From: Candidatus Bathyarchaeota archaeon
Lineage (GTDB): Archaea > Thermoproteota > Bathyarchaeia > Bathyarchaeales > Bathycorpusculaceae
Direction of reading: 5' to 3'
Assembly: GCA_963717465.1 (NCBI GenBank)
Contig: OY970340.1
Coordinates: 736,001 to 800,000, forward strand
DNA: 64,000 bases
The notes under the pieces were generated by a model, which was not told the DNA's origin, did no database searches, and saw nothing but the letters and a program-made list of their open reading frames with translations. Below are positions 49,070 through 60,049 of this stretch, in pieces; the stretch's first letter is position 1, and each line of letters starts with the position of its first letter. Made by a program: the position numbers and the translations under genes.

Positions 49070-49461
49070 ACTCGTTTCTGTCTTCGCGCATTTTGATTTT
49101 CTTGCAGATGTTGATTAGCATGGGTACGGATAAGCAAGGCCAATGAGAATGGTGACTGTTTTAATTTGCATTCCTAACATGTATGGAACATACAGCTAAT
49201 ACCCTGAAATTCTGTATCGAACTTGGGCAATTTCACTGCTGGGGATGCATACAAGGACTGTAAAGTTGCTGCTTTGAAGACTTCGAGGGCTTGACTAATG
49301 TTCTTTTTTGTTATTTTTTGGTTGCTACTCATTTTTGGCTAAAAAGATTTTTATGTTTGAACTCAGTTTTGAGATGCTACTCATAAATTGGTGGGATTAG
49401 TATTTCAACATTCAACAACTCAATATATTTACAGAATTTAGCTTCAAGACGAAGAAAAGAT

Positions 49462-50004
49462 ATGGCTGCCCTAATTATGGGAGTAGCCGCAGGCGTCATT
49501 GCAATGGTTGCGGAAAGAGTTGACGCAGGATTGACTGGAGGGAACGCAACACCATTAGGCTACATTAACACTTACACTTGGCTTCTAGTTGCCATAGCGC
49601 TGACTGGTCTAAGAGGTGGAATCATAACAACTGAAATTCAAGCAGTGCTGGGACTGGTGGCTTATTCCAATCCGCTTTCTTGGTTATGGCCTTTTATGAA
49701 TTTAGTTTTCGCCTTACTCGCAGGAGTCACTTGGATGGCTGTTACCAAACTCAAATCTTCAGCAGGGCTCAAGTCAAAAATTCTTCTCTCATCCATCTCA
49801 TGCGCCCTTTTGGATATTCCGATGGTGTACGTTGTAATTGTACTAGTGTTAGGCTTGCCCTTTGTTGCCTACCTTGGAGTTTTGCCTATGTACATTGCCC
49901 TTCAAATAATTCCTTCAAGCATACTAGCTTTCTTGATTGTTAAAGTGATCATTCGCTCAGGTGTCTTAGGCAAATCACCTGAAAAAGGAGTAAAAACGGA
50001 TTGA
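49462..50004 (+). CDS. ECF transporter S-component-like membrane protein
   Basis: About 180 aa, 5-6 TM segments, Gly/Ala rich; overlaps start of next gene. Confidence 0.5.
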   Translation: MAALIMGVAAGVIAMVAERVDAGLTGGNATPLGYINTYTWLLVAIALTGLRGGIITTEIQAVLGLVAYSNPLSWLWPFMNLVFALLAGVTWMAVTKLKSSAGLKSKILLSSISCALLDIPMVYVVIVLVLGLPFVAYLGVLPMYIALQIIPSSILAFLIVKVIIRSGVLGKSPEKGVKTD

Positions 50005-51129
50005 GCCAATCATCGCAAAATATTCGAGAAATGTTCATTAAGCTTTCAAAAAGGCAAAACTTAACTGCTGAAGAGGCAAAATTTGCGGCAAATCAAGTTT
50101 TCGGCGAGTTGAAAACAACTGATCCAGCCAGCATATTGCCATTGGTCAGCTTTTTCGGAAGTTTGACAGTTAAGGAAACCACAAATGAGGAACTTTTAGG
50201 CATAGCAAACGCCATGGAAACATCAAGAAATTTTACTTTTAACTTTGATACTAAGAAACCGCTGGTTACCGCTGGTGGAACAGGTGGAGACACAATACCC
50301 ACGATAAATGTGACCACGACAGCAATTATAGTTGCAGCGGCTGCTGGTGCTAATGCATTAAAAAGTGGGTCCTCAGCGTTTTCATCGAAGACTGGGTCAT
50401 CTGACGTGGCTGAGGCAATGGGTATTAATATTTATGCCTCAAAAGAAGTGGTTAAAAAATGCGTTGATGACATCGGTGTTACCGCTTGGGCTTCAGGCGG
50501 CGTTTACCCGTGGATGTATCCTTTAATTGAGCTAGGTTCAAAGCCACCTACAAGCACTGTTATGCCATTGTTGTATAGCTTAAGGTTTGCAATAGCCACT
50601 GGGCTAAACCCGTTTTCTCTTAAACGCCAAGTAAGAGGCGTCAGCAAGCCGATTAATGAAAAAATCGCTGAAGTATGGTTAGGATTGGGCTATGAAAAAG
50701 CTTTAGCAGTTACAGGCTATGGCAAGACTGATGGGATCATAATTGATGAGCTTTCAGTTTATGGCAAAAACCGTATTTCAGAGTTAAAAAAGGATGGCAG
50801 CATTGAAACGTACATGGTTTATCCTGAAGATGCAGGAATAAAAACAGCGGATTCGTATACAAGAAGCTGCGGCAAAGGAAAGCCATGTTAAAAATGCTAA
50901 GGTCTCTATGGACATACTTTCTGGAAAAGACCAAACTTCAAGAAGGGACCTCATTCTATTTAATGCTGCGGCAATTCTTTACGTTGCAGATGAAGTTAAA
51001 ACATTCAAGGACGGATATGAAAAGGCATCGCAAGCAGTAAATGAAGGCAAAGCGTTGGAAAAGCTGCGAAATTTAGTTTTGCTCAGTGGTGGTCAAAGAG
51101 CAAAAACCGATGCCCTTTTGAAGCGATAA
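50001..51129 (+). CDS. Divergent anthranilate phosphoribosyltransferase (TrpD)-family protein, frameshifted near 50860
   Basis: GGTGGD..TINVTT, KSGS...SSKTGSSD, DELS, PED.G, FNAAAILY. Confidence 0.78.
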
Positions 51130-51134
51130 AGAAG

Positions 51135-51365
51135 GTGAAATGGTTGATTGAAAAGTACGAATTAAAGACAGATCATAAAAAATTTGTTAAGCTTGAAAAC
51201 GCAAAGAACTTATTTGAAAAGGATACGGGTAAAAAAATCGAGTTGGCAGATTTTATCGACATGCTAGTTGACACGTTCATATCGTACAGAAACGCTAGAG
51301 GGCCATCTGAAAGCTCCCTTTTAGAAAACTTTGCCAAAAAGCCAAAAACAAAAAATCACTTATGA
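51135..51365 (+). CDS. Small hypothetical protein
   Basis: 76-aa ORF directly downstream of trpD-like gene. Confidence 0.45.
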   Translation: MKWLIEKYELKTDHKKFVKLENAKNLFEKDTGKKIELADFIDMLVDTFISYRNARGPSESSLLENFAKKPKTKNHL

Positions 51366-52027
51366 ACTGAATACCACAAAACCAGTAAACCATCCACACA
51401 TTCCATTCGCTCCAACGTTAAAGCTACCGCATCATCAGAAACTGTAAAGCCCGCACCTTCAACAAGCGTCGGAGCAGTTTTTCCGCCCCAAACATAAGGC
51501 ATAATCCAAACAAACAATTCGTCAACAAGCTTTTCTTTAAAAAAACTCCAGCGTACTTCGCCGCCGCCTTCAATCAGCATCTTTTTCACGCCACGCTTTT
51601 CTAATTCATTTAGAAGCTCTTTCAGATCAACCCTTTCGTTGCTGCTAGTTATCATTACGTCAACGTTTCTGCATTTTAGTTGCAGGATACGTTCTTTTGA
51701 GGCTTTTTCTGATACTGCAATTAGTGTTGATGCGTCGTTATTCAGCACTTTTGAGTTCGGAGGCGTTCTAGCATTACTGTCAAGTATAACTCTTAGCGGA
51801 TTTTTCCCTTCAACAGCACGAACGGTCAACGATGGATTATCCGCTATGACTGTATCAACGCCAATCAATATGGCATCAACTTCAGAGCGAATTTTATGGA
51901 GCATTTTTAAGTGCACCGGAGTCATGAACTTGGTGAATTCTTTCCCGTTTCTGTTGGCAGGTGCGATTTTGCCATCTATACTCATGAATCCGCCTACAAT
52001 AACATTAATGTCATGCAAAGGGTACAC
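51356..52027 (-). CDS. RibD C-terminal-type pyrimidine nucleotide reductase
   Basis: MSIDGKIA, DAILIG..TV..DNPSLTVR, P.RVILDS, IEGGG, GG..APT. Confidence 0.88.
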   Translation of the reverse strand: MYPLHDINVIVGGFMSIDGKIAPANRNGKEFTKFMTPVHLKMLHKIRSEVDAILIGVDTVIADNPSLTVRAVEGKNPLRVILDSNARTPPNSKVLNNDASTLIAVSEKASKERILQLKCRNVDVMITSSNERVDLKELLNELEKRGVKKMLIEGGGEVRWSFFKEKLVDELFVWIMPYVWGGKTAPTLVEGAGFTVSDDAVALTLERMECVDGLLVLWYSVHK

Positions 52028-52196
52028 TTCAATAACAAACCGTTTGTTTTAACATTTAGCTTTTCTTATAGGGCTGTAAGGGGTTTGGGCCGTTTTAGAG
52101 CCCGTTTTGGAAAATGTTTATTAGGACGTGTTGTTATCTATTATTTTTGTCGATATCGAATATCCGATATCGGAATAAAAATTGAGGTGAAAATCA

Positions 52197-52621
52197 ATGT
52201 TTAGTCTCTTCAAAAGAGGCGGACTTCGTGCATGGATACTTGCACTTCTAAGGCAATCTCCTAAGAACGGAACAGAAATAATGGATCATATTGAAATGGC
52301 AAGCCAAGGCTGGTGGAGACCTTCACCCGGCTCAGTTTACCCGTTGCTTGAGGAACTTTCAAGAGATGGATTCATAAGGAAACGTGAAGACGGCAGATAT
52401 GAAATGACGGAAAAAGAGTGTGCTGGAACCCGTATTTGCCGCCATGGGGAAATTATACTAAAGTGCCAAGAACCCCGCAAGAAATTGTCGTCGAAATGGA
52501 ATCCAACATCGCATATTTAGAAGATAAGGTAAGAGTTGACAAAACAAACATCGGGGATTTTGCTGGGCGATTGCAAAACATTAAAGATCGCATAGACGAA
52601 ATCATACAACAAAAAAACTGA
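52197..52621 (+). CDS. PadR family regulator, frameshifted
   Basis: RGGLR..IL.LL...P.NG.EI, WRPSPGSVYPLL. Confidence 0.85.
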
Positions 52622-52715
52622 ATCGGCAAAAAGAAAATAAGCCTAAATGGCACTTTACCTTTTTTTCATTTGTGAGATAAAAATAAATAATTTATATAAA
52701 TTAGCGAAAAAGAGC

Positions 52716-52916
52716 TTATTTTTCTTCTTCGTGTATTTCGCATTTTAGCTTCTTTACTATTTCGTCAACTCTTAACGGTTCAATCTTTAACGTGTACAGT
52801 TGACTTGGTGTTCGAAGCTTCAGTTTAACTGTTTCTTTAAGTCTTTTAACCATGCAATATTTTGCTTTGGCGCTCATCGCCACGAATTTTTCTATATCAG
52901 TAATTTCAGACGGCAT
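52716..52916 (-). CDS. rpl38e: 50S ribosomal protein L38e
   Basis: MP.EITDI.KF...VKR....KLKLRT...LYTL. Confidence 0.85.
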   Translation of the reverse strand: MPSEITDIEKFVAMSAKAKYCMVKRLKETVKLKLRTPSQLYTLKIEPLRVDEIVKKLKCEIHEEEK

Positions 52917-53065
52917 ATGATTTCCTCATTAATGAATGCACTGATGATCTGAAGCTTTTTATCTGTTTTGGTATCACTTGGCTCAAAGAAAAAACATCAT
53001 TTGCTAAGGCATGGTTAGTTCAAAATAAAGAAAAAGGCGAATTCAAGACTTTTGAGCGCATTAGA

Positions 53066-53275
53066 TTAAGTACTTTTTGACCCGTTTTTAGATCGAATCC
53101 CCAATTTAAGATTAACTTCAACATTATATTCATCCTCAATTTTTCCAACAGCGAAATTCCAATTCTTCACGTTAACATCAACATCTTTGAACTGCTCCAT
53201 CAATGCATCTCTATAATCTTGTGCAGTTTGACTCATCTTTTGCATTTTTTCAGAAATATTAACACTTTCAGGCAT
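53066..53275 (-). CDS. Small hypothetical protein
   Basis: GGAGGTG RBS before ATG 53275. Confidence 0.6.
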   Translation of the reverse strand: MPESVNISEKMQKMSQTAQDYRDALMEQFKDVDVNVKNWNFAVGKIEDEYNVEVNLKLGIRSKNGSKST

Positions 53276-53457
53276 AATTACACCTCCTAAGAAAACAAAA
53301 TACCCTATTAACCATCTCACAGCCGAATCGCTTTAAGAATATGTGACTGTGCAAGCACAACAGCATTCAGCTTAAACTAGTAAAAACCGGCAATTACAGA
53401 ATAGCAGGCAAGCTAACCTATATCCAAGAGTCCACGCAATATTTTATAGGGTTTTTT

Positions 53458-54625
53458 TTGAAAAAATATTCTGTAGGCATTTCAGGTTCATATGGCGGAT
53501 TGAATCTTGGCGATGAAGCAATCCTCCAAAGCATCATAACACAGCTACGCTCAACTTTGCCAGTGGAAATAACAGTTTTTACACGCAACACAAATGACAC
53601 TGCCCGCAGACACCAAGTTGACCATACAGTACAGGTTCGAGATTTAACCCGTCTTGAAGTCACTCCTGAAATAGAACGGCTTGACCTTCTGATTCTCGGC
53701 GGCGGTGGAATACTTTTCGATAAAGAAGCAGACGTTTTCTTGCGAGAACTAGAAATCGCCTCGCAACTTGGCGTTAAAACAATGGTTTACGCTGTCGGAG
53801 TAGGACCATTAAACACTGAGTTTTCACGTAAAAGAGTCCAAGAAGTCCTAAACAACGTAGATGTAATAACAGTTCGAGAACGTGAAGCCAAAAAAATTCT
53901 TGAAGAAATAGGTATAAAACGCGAAATCATCGTAACCGCTGACCCAGCACTGCTTTTAATTCCTGAGCCGCTTCCAGAAAACACGCTTAGACTGGAACAA
54001 ATAAGCGGCAAACGAAGATTAGTTGGAATCTCTGTTCGCGAACCAGGTCCAGCAGCACCAGACATTAACTCGACATTTTATCATGATTTACTGGCAAACG
54101 CGGCTGATTTCGTAATTAGCCGTTGGGATGCGGACGTAATTTTTGTTCCAATGGAAAGGCAAGTTTTAGATGTCCAAAATTCGCATGCTGTAATCTCTAA
54201 AATGCTAAAGCCCCAACATGCATGGGTGCTAAAAGGCGAATATTCTCCTGGACAACTCTTATCGTTAATTGAGAATTTTGTGTTCGTTATTGGGATGCGA
54301 CTTCACTTTCTAATTTTTGCCGCTTTGCAAAACGTCCCATTCGTAGCATTACCCTATGCATCGAAAGTCAGCGGTCTGCTCGAAAATCTTCAAGTTCCAA
54401 TGCCACCGCTAAACCAGGTGAATTCAGGCTTAGTTAACGCGTATATTGATCAAGCTTGGGATAGTCGAAACGCAAATCAAAGAAAAAATTAAACAATTGC
54501 TTCCAGAAGTAAAAAATCTCGCCTTAGAAAACAATAGGTTGGCAGTAGATTTACTTAAGAAAAAAAGAACCCTGAAAGAAGATAATAATTGTGTTTCTAA
54601 CCAGACTTTTACAGACCGTAATTGA
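53458..54625 (+). CDS. Polysaccharide pyruvyl transferase (CsaB-like), frameshifted near C-terminus
   Basis: GSYGGLNLGDEAI, GGGG, GVGP, TVRE, ADPA, GMRLH, Y..KV. Confidence 0.88.
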
Positions 54626-54640
54626 TAGGAAGCCAATTTC

Positions 54641-56047
54641 ATGCCGGTTTTAAAACGTCCTCTTGAAACAATCGTGCTCTCGCCAAGAACAGGAAAACTT
54701 GTCTCCGATGTCGACGTGCTCGTGGTTGGTGGTGGACCAGCTGGTTTAGGCGCTGCAATCGGAGCAGCTCAAGCTGGAGCAAAAGTCGTTTTAGCAGAAC
54801 GATATGGTTTTTTGGGCGGAAATGCTACTGCTGGACTAGTTTTATCGTGGGCTTCTTACTTTACTTCGCCTAGTCGCAAGACAGAAACTTTTGGACGAAA
54901 GCGTTTTCCCGTTAAGCAGGGCACTAGCAAGCCTGTCATTGCAGGTGTCCTAGCCCAATTAGTTGATCGGTTAGTTGCTGAAGGCGGAGCCTTAGCGCCT
55001 AGTTTGGAAACTGGGTTTGTTGTTCCGATTGATCCTGAAATTTTCAAGCTTGTTTCCTTAGAGATGCTTGATTCTTTAGGCGTTGAAATGTTGTTTCATG
55101 CTTTTGCAAGCGGCGTAATTGTTGACCGTGAAGTTAAAGGGGTTGTTTTTGAAACCAAATCTGGTCCAGTAGTTATTGAAGCTAAAGTGACTATTGATTG
55201 CACTGGTGACGGTGATGTTGCAGCTTTTGCAGGTGCACCTTTTGAACTTGGTCGTGAAGAAGACGGCTTAGTGCAACCTATGACTTTGATGTTTTTGATG
55301 GATGGTTTTTCTAAAGTAGATTTCAATCGCTTTGTGGCTAAAAATCCAGGCGAATGGTCAGGCGTTCAGGGACTCAAAAATCTTGTGACGGAAGCTATAA
55401 TTAAAGGTGAATTGACGATTCCAAGAGAAGACCTCTTGTTTTTTGATGCGTTTAGGGATGGAAAAGTAAACGTGAATAGCACGCGTATACCCAATGTTTT
55501 AGGGACTGATGTTTGGGATTTAACTCTTGCTGAATTGAAAGGACGAAGGCAAGTTGCCCAATTAACCGCTTTCTTAAGGAAATACGTGCCTGGTTTTGAG
55601 AAGGCATACATTGACCAGACTGGAGCAGAAGTTGCTGTTCGAGAAACAAGACGTATTATGGGTGAATACAAGTTGTCAGCCAAGGATATTTTGGAAGCAA
55701 AGAAATTCAGTGATGTTATTGCTCATGGTACTTACCCTATTGATATTCATAATCCCGCTGGCATGAGTACACTTCTCAGGCGGGTTAAGCCCGGTGATGC
55801 TTATGATGTTCCGCTTAGATGCTTGTTGCCTTTGAAAGTTGAGAATTTACTGGTTGCTGGCCGATGTATTTCTGGAACGCATGAGGCACATGCATCTTAT
55901 CGAATAATGCCCATTTGTATGGCTACTGGGCACGCTGCTGGCGTTTGTGCAGCAATTGCTTGCAAAAAAAATCAAACCCCACGAACTGTGCCTGCAAAAC
56001 TTGTTCAAGAAGAGCTTATTCGTCAAGGTGCAAAGTTGATGCGTTAA
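54641..56047 (+). CDS. FAD-dependent oxidoreductase
   Basis: VVGGGPAG, IDCTGDGD, VRETRRI.G, YDVPLRCL, AGRCIS..H.A. Confidence 0.88.
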   Translation: MPVLKRPLETIVLSPRTGKLVSDVDVLVVGGGPAGLGAAIGAAQAGAKVVLAERYGFLGGNATAGLVLSWASYFTSPSRKTETFGRKRFPVKQGTSKPVIAGVLAQLVDRLVAEGGALAPSLETGFVVPIDPEIFKLVSLEMLDSLGVEMLFHAFASGVIVDREVKGVVFETKSGPVVIEAKVTIDCTGDGDVAAFAGAPFELGREEDGLVQPMTLMFLMDGFSKVDFNRFVAKNPGEWSGVQGLKNLVTEAIIKGELTIPREDLLFFDAFRDGKVNVNSTRIPNVLGTDVWDLTLAELKGRRQVAQLTAFLRKYVPGFEKAYIDQTGAEVAVRETRRIMGEYKLSAKDILEAKKFSDVIAHGTYPIDIHNPAGMSTLLRRVKPGDAYDVPLRCLLPLKVENLLVAGRCISGTHEAHASYRIMPICMATGHAAGVCAAIACKKNQTPRTVPAKLVQEELIRQGAKLMR

Positions 56048-56086
56048 AGCTTGTTTTCTTCTTTGCAAACGTAGAAGACGATTAGG

Positions 56087-56806
56087 CTATTTGGTCGCGT
56101 TGAAGAGTACAGCTGCCCCAAAAGTTAAATGCTTAAAGCTAGCCTTTCGAAATCCCGAGTTAATCAGCAATGAAGTTACTTCTTTTGCTGACTTAAAGTT
56201 AGCGGCAGATGACCCCAAATATTCGTAACTGTCCTTTTGTCTCGATATTAACCAGCCGACAAGAGGCACTAAACGCAGAAAATAAAGATGCAATAAGATT
56301 CTGACAAACTGATTGCTAGGTTGACTTGTTTCAACACAAATGAACCGGCCGCCTTTCTGAAGGGTCCTAGCAATTTCGGAAACGTGCTTTGTTGCTCGGG
56401 GATTTTTATAGAGCAAATTTCGAAAACCAAATGCGTTCCCAACCGTGTCAACGCTGTTTTCTCTGAGCGGAAGATTAGCTGCATCGGCCACAACAAAAGA
56501 TAAACTCGGCACTTCAGCTTTTTTTGCACCGTTTTGATTTTGGCGATCTTGGCGTTTTTTACTTGCCGCTTCCGCAAGCATTTCCTTATTAAAATCTACA
56601 CCGACTAGAAAGACGTCACCTGAGGAATACTCACTTATTGCTCGACTTAAATCTCCAGTTCCGCAGCACAAATCAATTATAACGTGCCCTTTAGCGCATT
56701 CCATAGCGCATTTCTGTCTCCAAACTCGGTCAAGTCCCCCTGTTATAATTGTGTTGATCCAAATGTATTTTCGAGCAATGCTGCTAAATATAGGTCTAAG
56801 TGACAT
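56087..56806 (-). CDS. menG: UbiE/MenG-family methyltransferase
   Basis: F..IA.KY...N...T.GLD..WR, DLCCGTGD, FGFRN, Y.YL..S...F. Confidence 0.8.
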   Translation of the reverse strand: MSLRPIFSSIARKYIWINTIITGGLDRVWRQKCAMECAKGHVIIDLCCGTGDLSRAISEYSSGDVFLVGVDFNKEMLAEAASKKRQDRQNQNGAKKAEVPSLSFVVADAANLPLRENSVDTVGNAFGFRNLLYKNPRATKHVSEIARTLQKGGRFICVETSQPSNQFVRILLHLYFLRLVPLVGWLISRQKDSYEYLGSSAANFKSAKEVTSLLINSGFRKASFKHLTFGAAVLFNATK

Positions 56807-57046
56807 GACATTTTTCTCTCAGGTTCAAAACCGCAAATAGACGCCAGTTCTAAGCGGCAATTGATGAAGTTCAAACTTGGAATCCAATAATTAAACTTTT
56901 TTTAAATGAGGACAAGAAAAAACGGTATGTAAATCCTCTTTACTAACTTTTAACAGCGCATTGGTGCATGATTTGTTTCAGCATTTTCCGTTTTTTAGGA
57001 ACACGGTTGTCATAGCATTTATCTGCTGATCATCCTACCTTTGATG

Positions 57047-59809
57047 TCAATGGTTCAGCATCTGTAATTCGCTGTTCCCACAGCCCTTGTATGAGGACGA
57101 TACAACCTTGGCTTGTCTTCCTTTAGGAGTTACTTCAAATATCAATTTACCAGCACAAGCTAACTCACAGAGATTGCAGCTTGAACAATAATCTTTGTTG
57201 GTATTAGCTTTAAGCGTTTCAACCTTAATTCTTCCCATACATAGCAGTGATGCTGCGCTTGAGGCTGCTGCTTTTGCTTGTGCGATTGTTGTTGTGATGT
57301 CTTTTGGTCCTTGGATTGCGCCTGCGAGGTAGATTCCTGGGGTTGGGGTTTCTACGGGTTTTAGTTTTGGGTGGCTTTCGAGTAGGAATCCGTCTGTGCC
57401 TGTTGGGATTTTGAGTTTGTTTGCTAGTTCGGGGAGGTCTTTGGGTGGAACTGTTCCAACTGCAAGAACAACCATATCAAACTCATGCTCCATCATCTCA
57501 CCCATAACCATGTCTGCGCTTCTTAGGTTGATGTTGTGCGTGTTTGGGTTTTCTGACAGTTCAGAAGGAATTCCTTTGTTGAACTTTACTCCATCTTTCT
57601 GGACTTGATTGTAAAACTCTTCGTATCCTTTGCCAAAGCATCTTAAATCAATGTAGTAAATGCATATCTCGCTTTCTGGATGCTTTTCTTTTAACTGGTG
57701 CGCCTGCTTTAGCGAAGTCATACAACAAGTGTTTGAGCAGTATGAATGTCCTGCCCGTTCATCTCTTGAGCCGATGCATTGGATGAAGGCGATTGAATGG
57801 GGTTCTTTGTTGTCTGAGGGGCGTGCAAGTTTGCCTTCGTTTGGGCCAGAAGCACTAATAAGCCTTTCTAAATCCAAGCTTGTAAGCACGTTGGGGTACT
57901 TCTTATAACCCCATTCATTTTGTGTCTGAGGATCAAACGTATCGTATCCTGTTGCAACGATTATAGCTCCAACATTTAACTCGATAACTTTGCCCTTCTG
58001 TGCAAAGGCAAATTCTTTCTCGTTTACGAAGTTGGCTTTTTTAAGGATTTTTGTGTGGAAGTTGCCTGCTTCGCCGGAGACGTTTAGTATTTCGCTGCTG
58101 GTTAGGAGTGTTATGTTTGGGTGTTTGGTGGCGTCAATCATCTTAGGACCGAGGATGCAGATTGAGCGCTCCATTGTTGGGAAGGTTTTGTCGAGTTGGG
58201 CCATGTGTCCGCCTAATGTTGGTTTTTTTTCTATTATGTAGACTTTGTAGTTTTGGTCAGCTAAGTCGAGAGCTGCTTGGATGCCAGCAATTCCACCGCC
58301 AATTACGAGCACGGATTTTAACGCATGAACTTCTTGTTCTCCTAAAGGCTGAAGTAAGGTAGCTCTATCCAAAGCCATTTTAACTGTGTCTTTAGCTTCA
58401 TGGATGGCTGTTTCAGGCATACTGCAGGGACAAATTAAGTCGCAGGGAGGAAACTCTGAGTATTCCTTTTCGTTAACATTTGCTACGGTCGTTTCAGCTT
58501 TGACTTTGTCCTTATTTAGTAGTGATGCTGCGCTTGAGGCAGCTGCCTTTGCTTGTGCGATTGTTGTTGTGATGTCTTTTGGTCCTTGGATTGCGCCTGC
58601 GAGGTAGATTCCTGTGGTTGGGGTTTCTACGGGTTTTAGTTTTGGGTGGCTTTCGAGTAGGAATCCGTCTGTGCCTGTTGGGATTTTGAGTTTGTTTGCT
58701 AGTTCAGGGAGGTCTTTGGGTGGAACTGTTCCAACTGCAAGAACAACCATGTCAAACTCTTGCTCTGCCACCTCACCTGAAAGCGTATCCTCGAAGCGTA
58801 GCAGAAGGTTGCCCGTCTTCCTGTTTTCAACGATCTCGCTGACTTTACCTCTTATAAAAGTTACAAAGTTGGATCGTGCTCTTCTGTAAAATTCTTCAAA
58901 GCCTTTTCCAAAAGCTCTAATATCAATGTAAAAGATGCAAATTTCGTACTCTGGGTGCTCTTCTTTTAGCAGTATGGCTTGCTTTATGGTTGTCATGCAA
59001 CATGTGTTTGAGCAGTATAGATTTCCCGCTTTTTCATCTCTTGAGCCGATGCATTGGATGAAGGCGATTGAATGGGGTTCTTTGTTGTCTGAGGGGCGTG
59101 CAAATTTGCCTTCGTTTGGGCCAGAAGCACTAATTAGCCTTTCTAAATCCAAGCTTGTAAGCACGTTGGGGTACTTCTTATAACCCCACACATCTTGCTT
59201 TGAAGGATTAAAAGTATCGTATCCTGTTGCAACGATGATGGCTCCAACATTCAACTCGATAACTTTATCTTTTTGTGCAAAATCGATTGCTTTGGCTTCA
59301 CATATTTTCTCGCAAACTTTGCAAGCACCATTGGTGAAGTATAAGCAGTGTTCCTTGTCTATCGTGTAGTTAGCTGGAACTCCCTGTAGGCATGGAGCGT
59401 AGATTGCTTTGCGACTGCTCAACCCCACGTCAAATTCGCTAGGAATTTCGATAGGACAATTTGCTGTACAATGCCCACAGCTAAAGCATTTTTTCTCGTC
59501 AACAAAGTTGGCTTTCTTTAGGATTTTTGTGTGGAAGTTGCCTGCTTCGCCGGAGACGTTTAGTATTTCGCTGCTGGTTAGGAGTGTTATGTTTGGGTGT
59601 TTGGTGGCGTCAATCATCTTAGGACCGAGGATGCAGATTGAGCGCTCCATTGTTGGGAAGGTTTTGTCGAGTTGGGCCATGTGTCCGCCTAATGTTGGTT
59701 TTTTTTCTATTATGTAGACTTTGTAGTTTTGGTCAGCTAAGTCGAGAGCTGCTTGGATGCCAGCAATTCCACCGCCAATTACAAGAACCGATTTTTTTCG
59801 ATTTTGCAT
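57047..59809 (-). CDS. hdrA: HdrA-like flavoprotein with two tandem FAD modules, lacking the N-terminal domain
   Basis: Twice VIGGGIAG..AALDLA, LDKTFPT, IQCIGSRD, YCS..CC, HPKLKP, GPKDI. Confidence 0.9.
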   Translation of the reverse strand: MQNRKKSVLVIGGGIAGIQAALDLADQNYKVYIIEKKPTLGGHMAQLDKTFPTMERSICILGPKMIDATKHPNITLLTSSEILNVSGEAGNFHTKILKKANFVDEKKCFSCGHCTANCPIEIPSEFDVGLSSRKAIYAPCLQGVPANYTIDKEHCLYFTNGACKVCEKICEAKAIDFAQKDKVIELNVGAIIVATGYDTFNPSKQDVWGYKKYPNVLTSLDLERLISASGPNEGKFARPSDNKEPHSIAFIQCIGSRDEKAGNLYCSNTCCMTTIKQAILLKEEHPEYEICIFYIDIRAFGKGFEEFYRRARSNFVTFIRGKVSEIVENRKTGNLLLRFEDTLSGEVAEQEFDMVVLAVGTVPPKDLPELANKLKIPTGTDGFLLESHPKLKPVETPTTGIYLAGAIQGPKDITTTIAQAKAAASSAASLLNKDKVKAETTVANVNEKEYSEFPPCDLICPCSMPETAIHEAKDTVKMALDRATLLQPLGEQEVHALKSVLVIGGGIAGIQAALDLADQNYKVYIIEKKPTLGGHMAQLDKTFPTMERSICILGPKMIDATKHPNITLLTSSEILNVSGEAGNFHTKILKKANFVNEKEFAFAQKGKVIELNVGAIIVATGYDTFDPQTQNEWGYKKYPNVLTSLDLERLISASGPNEGKLARPSDNKEPHSIAFIQCIGSRDERAGHSYCSNTCCMTSLKQAHQLKEKHPESEICIYYIDLRCFGKGYEEFYNQVQKDGVKFNKGIPSELSENPNTHNINLRSADMVMGEMMEHEFDMVVLAVGTVPPKDLPELANKLKIPTGTDGFLLESHPKLKPVETPTPGIYLAGAIQGPKDITTTIAQAKAAASSAASLLCMGRIKVETLKANTNKDYCSSCNLCELACAGKLIFEVTPKGRQAKVVSSSYKGCGNSELQMLNH

Positions 59810-60049
59810 TTTCCTTTTCTCCGGGTGGGTACTATACAGTAAATACCCGTATTACTGCAAATACTAGTATTTTGAGTATATACTAATATATATACTATAA
59901 GTGAGTTCAAATTGTACTAACCTGTTATTTTTATTATTCAACGTTTTCTTTTTTTTTGGAACGCCACATTTGTTTTTCTGAAAGAATTTCGTTTCTTTTG
60001 CCCATCAAAATTGACTTTTGTCTTCCGCACAAAATTTATGTGATCTCAG

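Noticed and set aside
49048..49332. Minus-strand ORF with in-frame TAG and a C-x2-C...H-x3-H pattern
   Set aside because: Read-through would run antisense into tRNA-Val and the spacing is non-standard; probably chance.
49070..49460. Riboswitch upstream of the S-component-like gene
   Set aside because: No TPP, FMN or cobalamin aptamer consensus recognised by eye; an Infernal scan would be needed.
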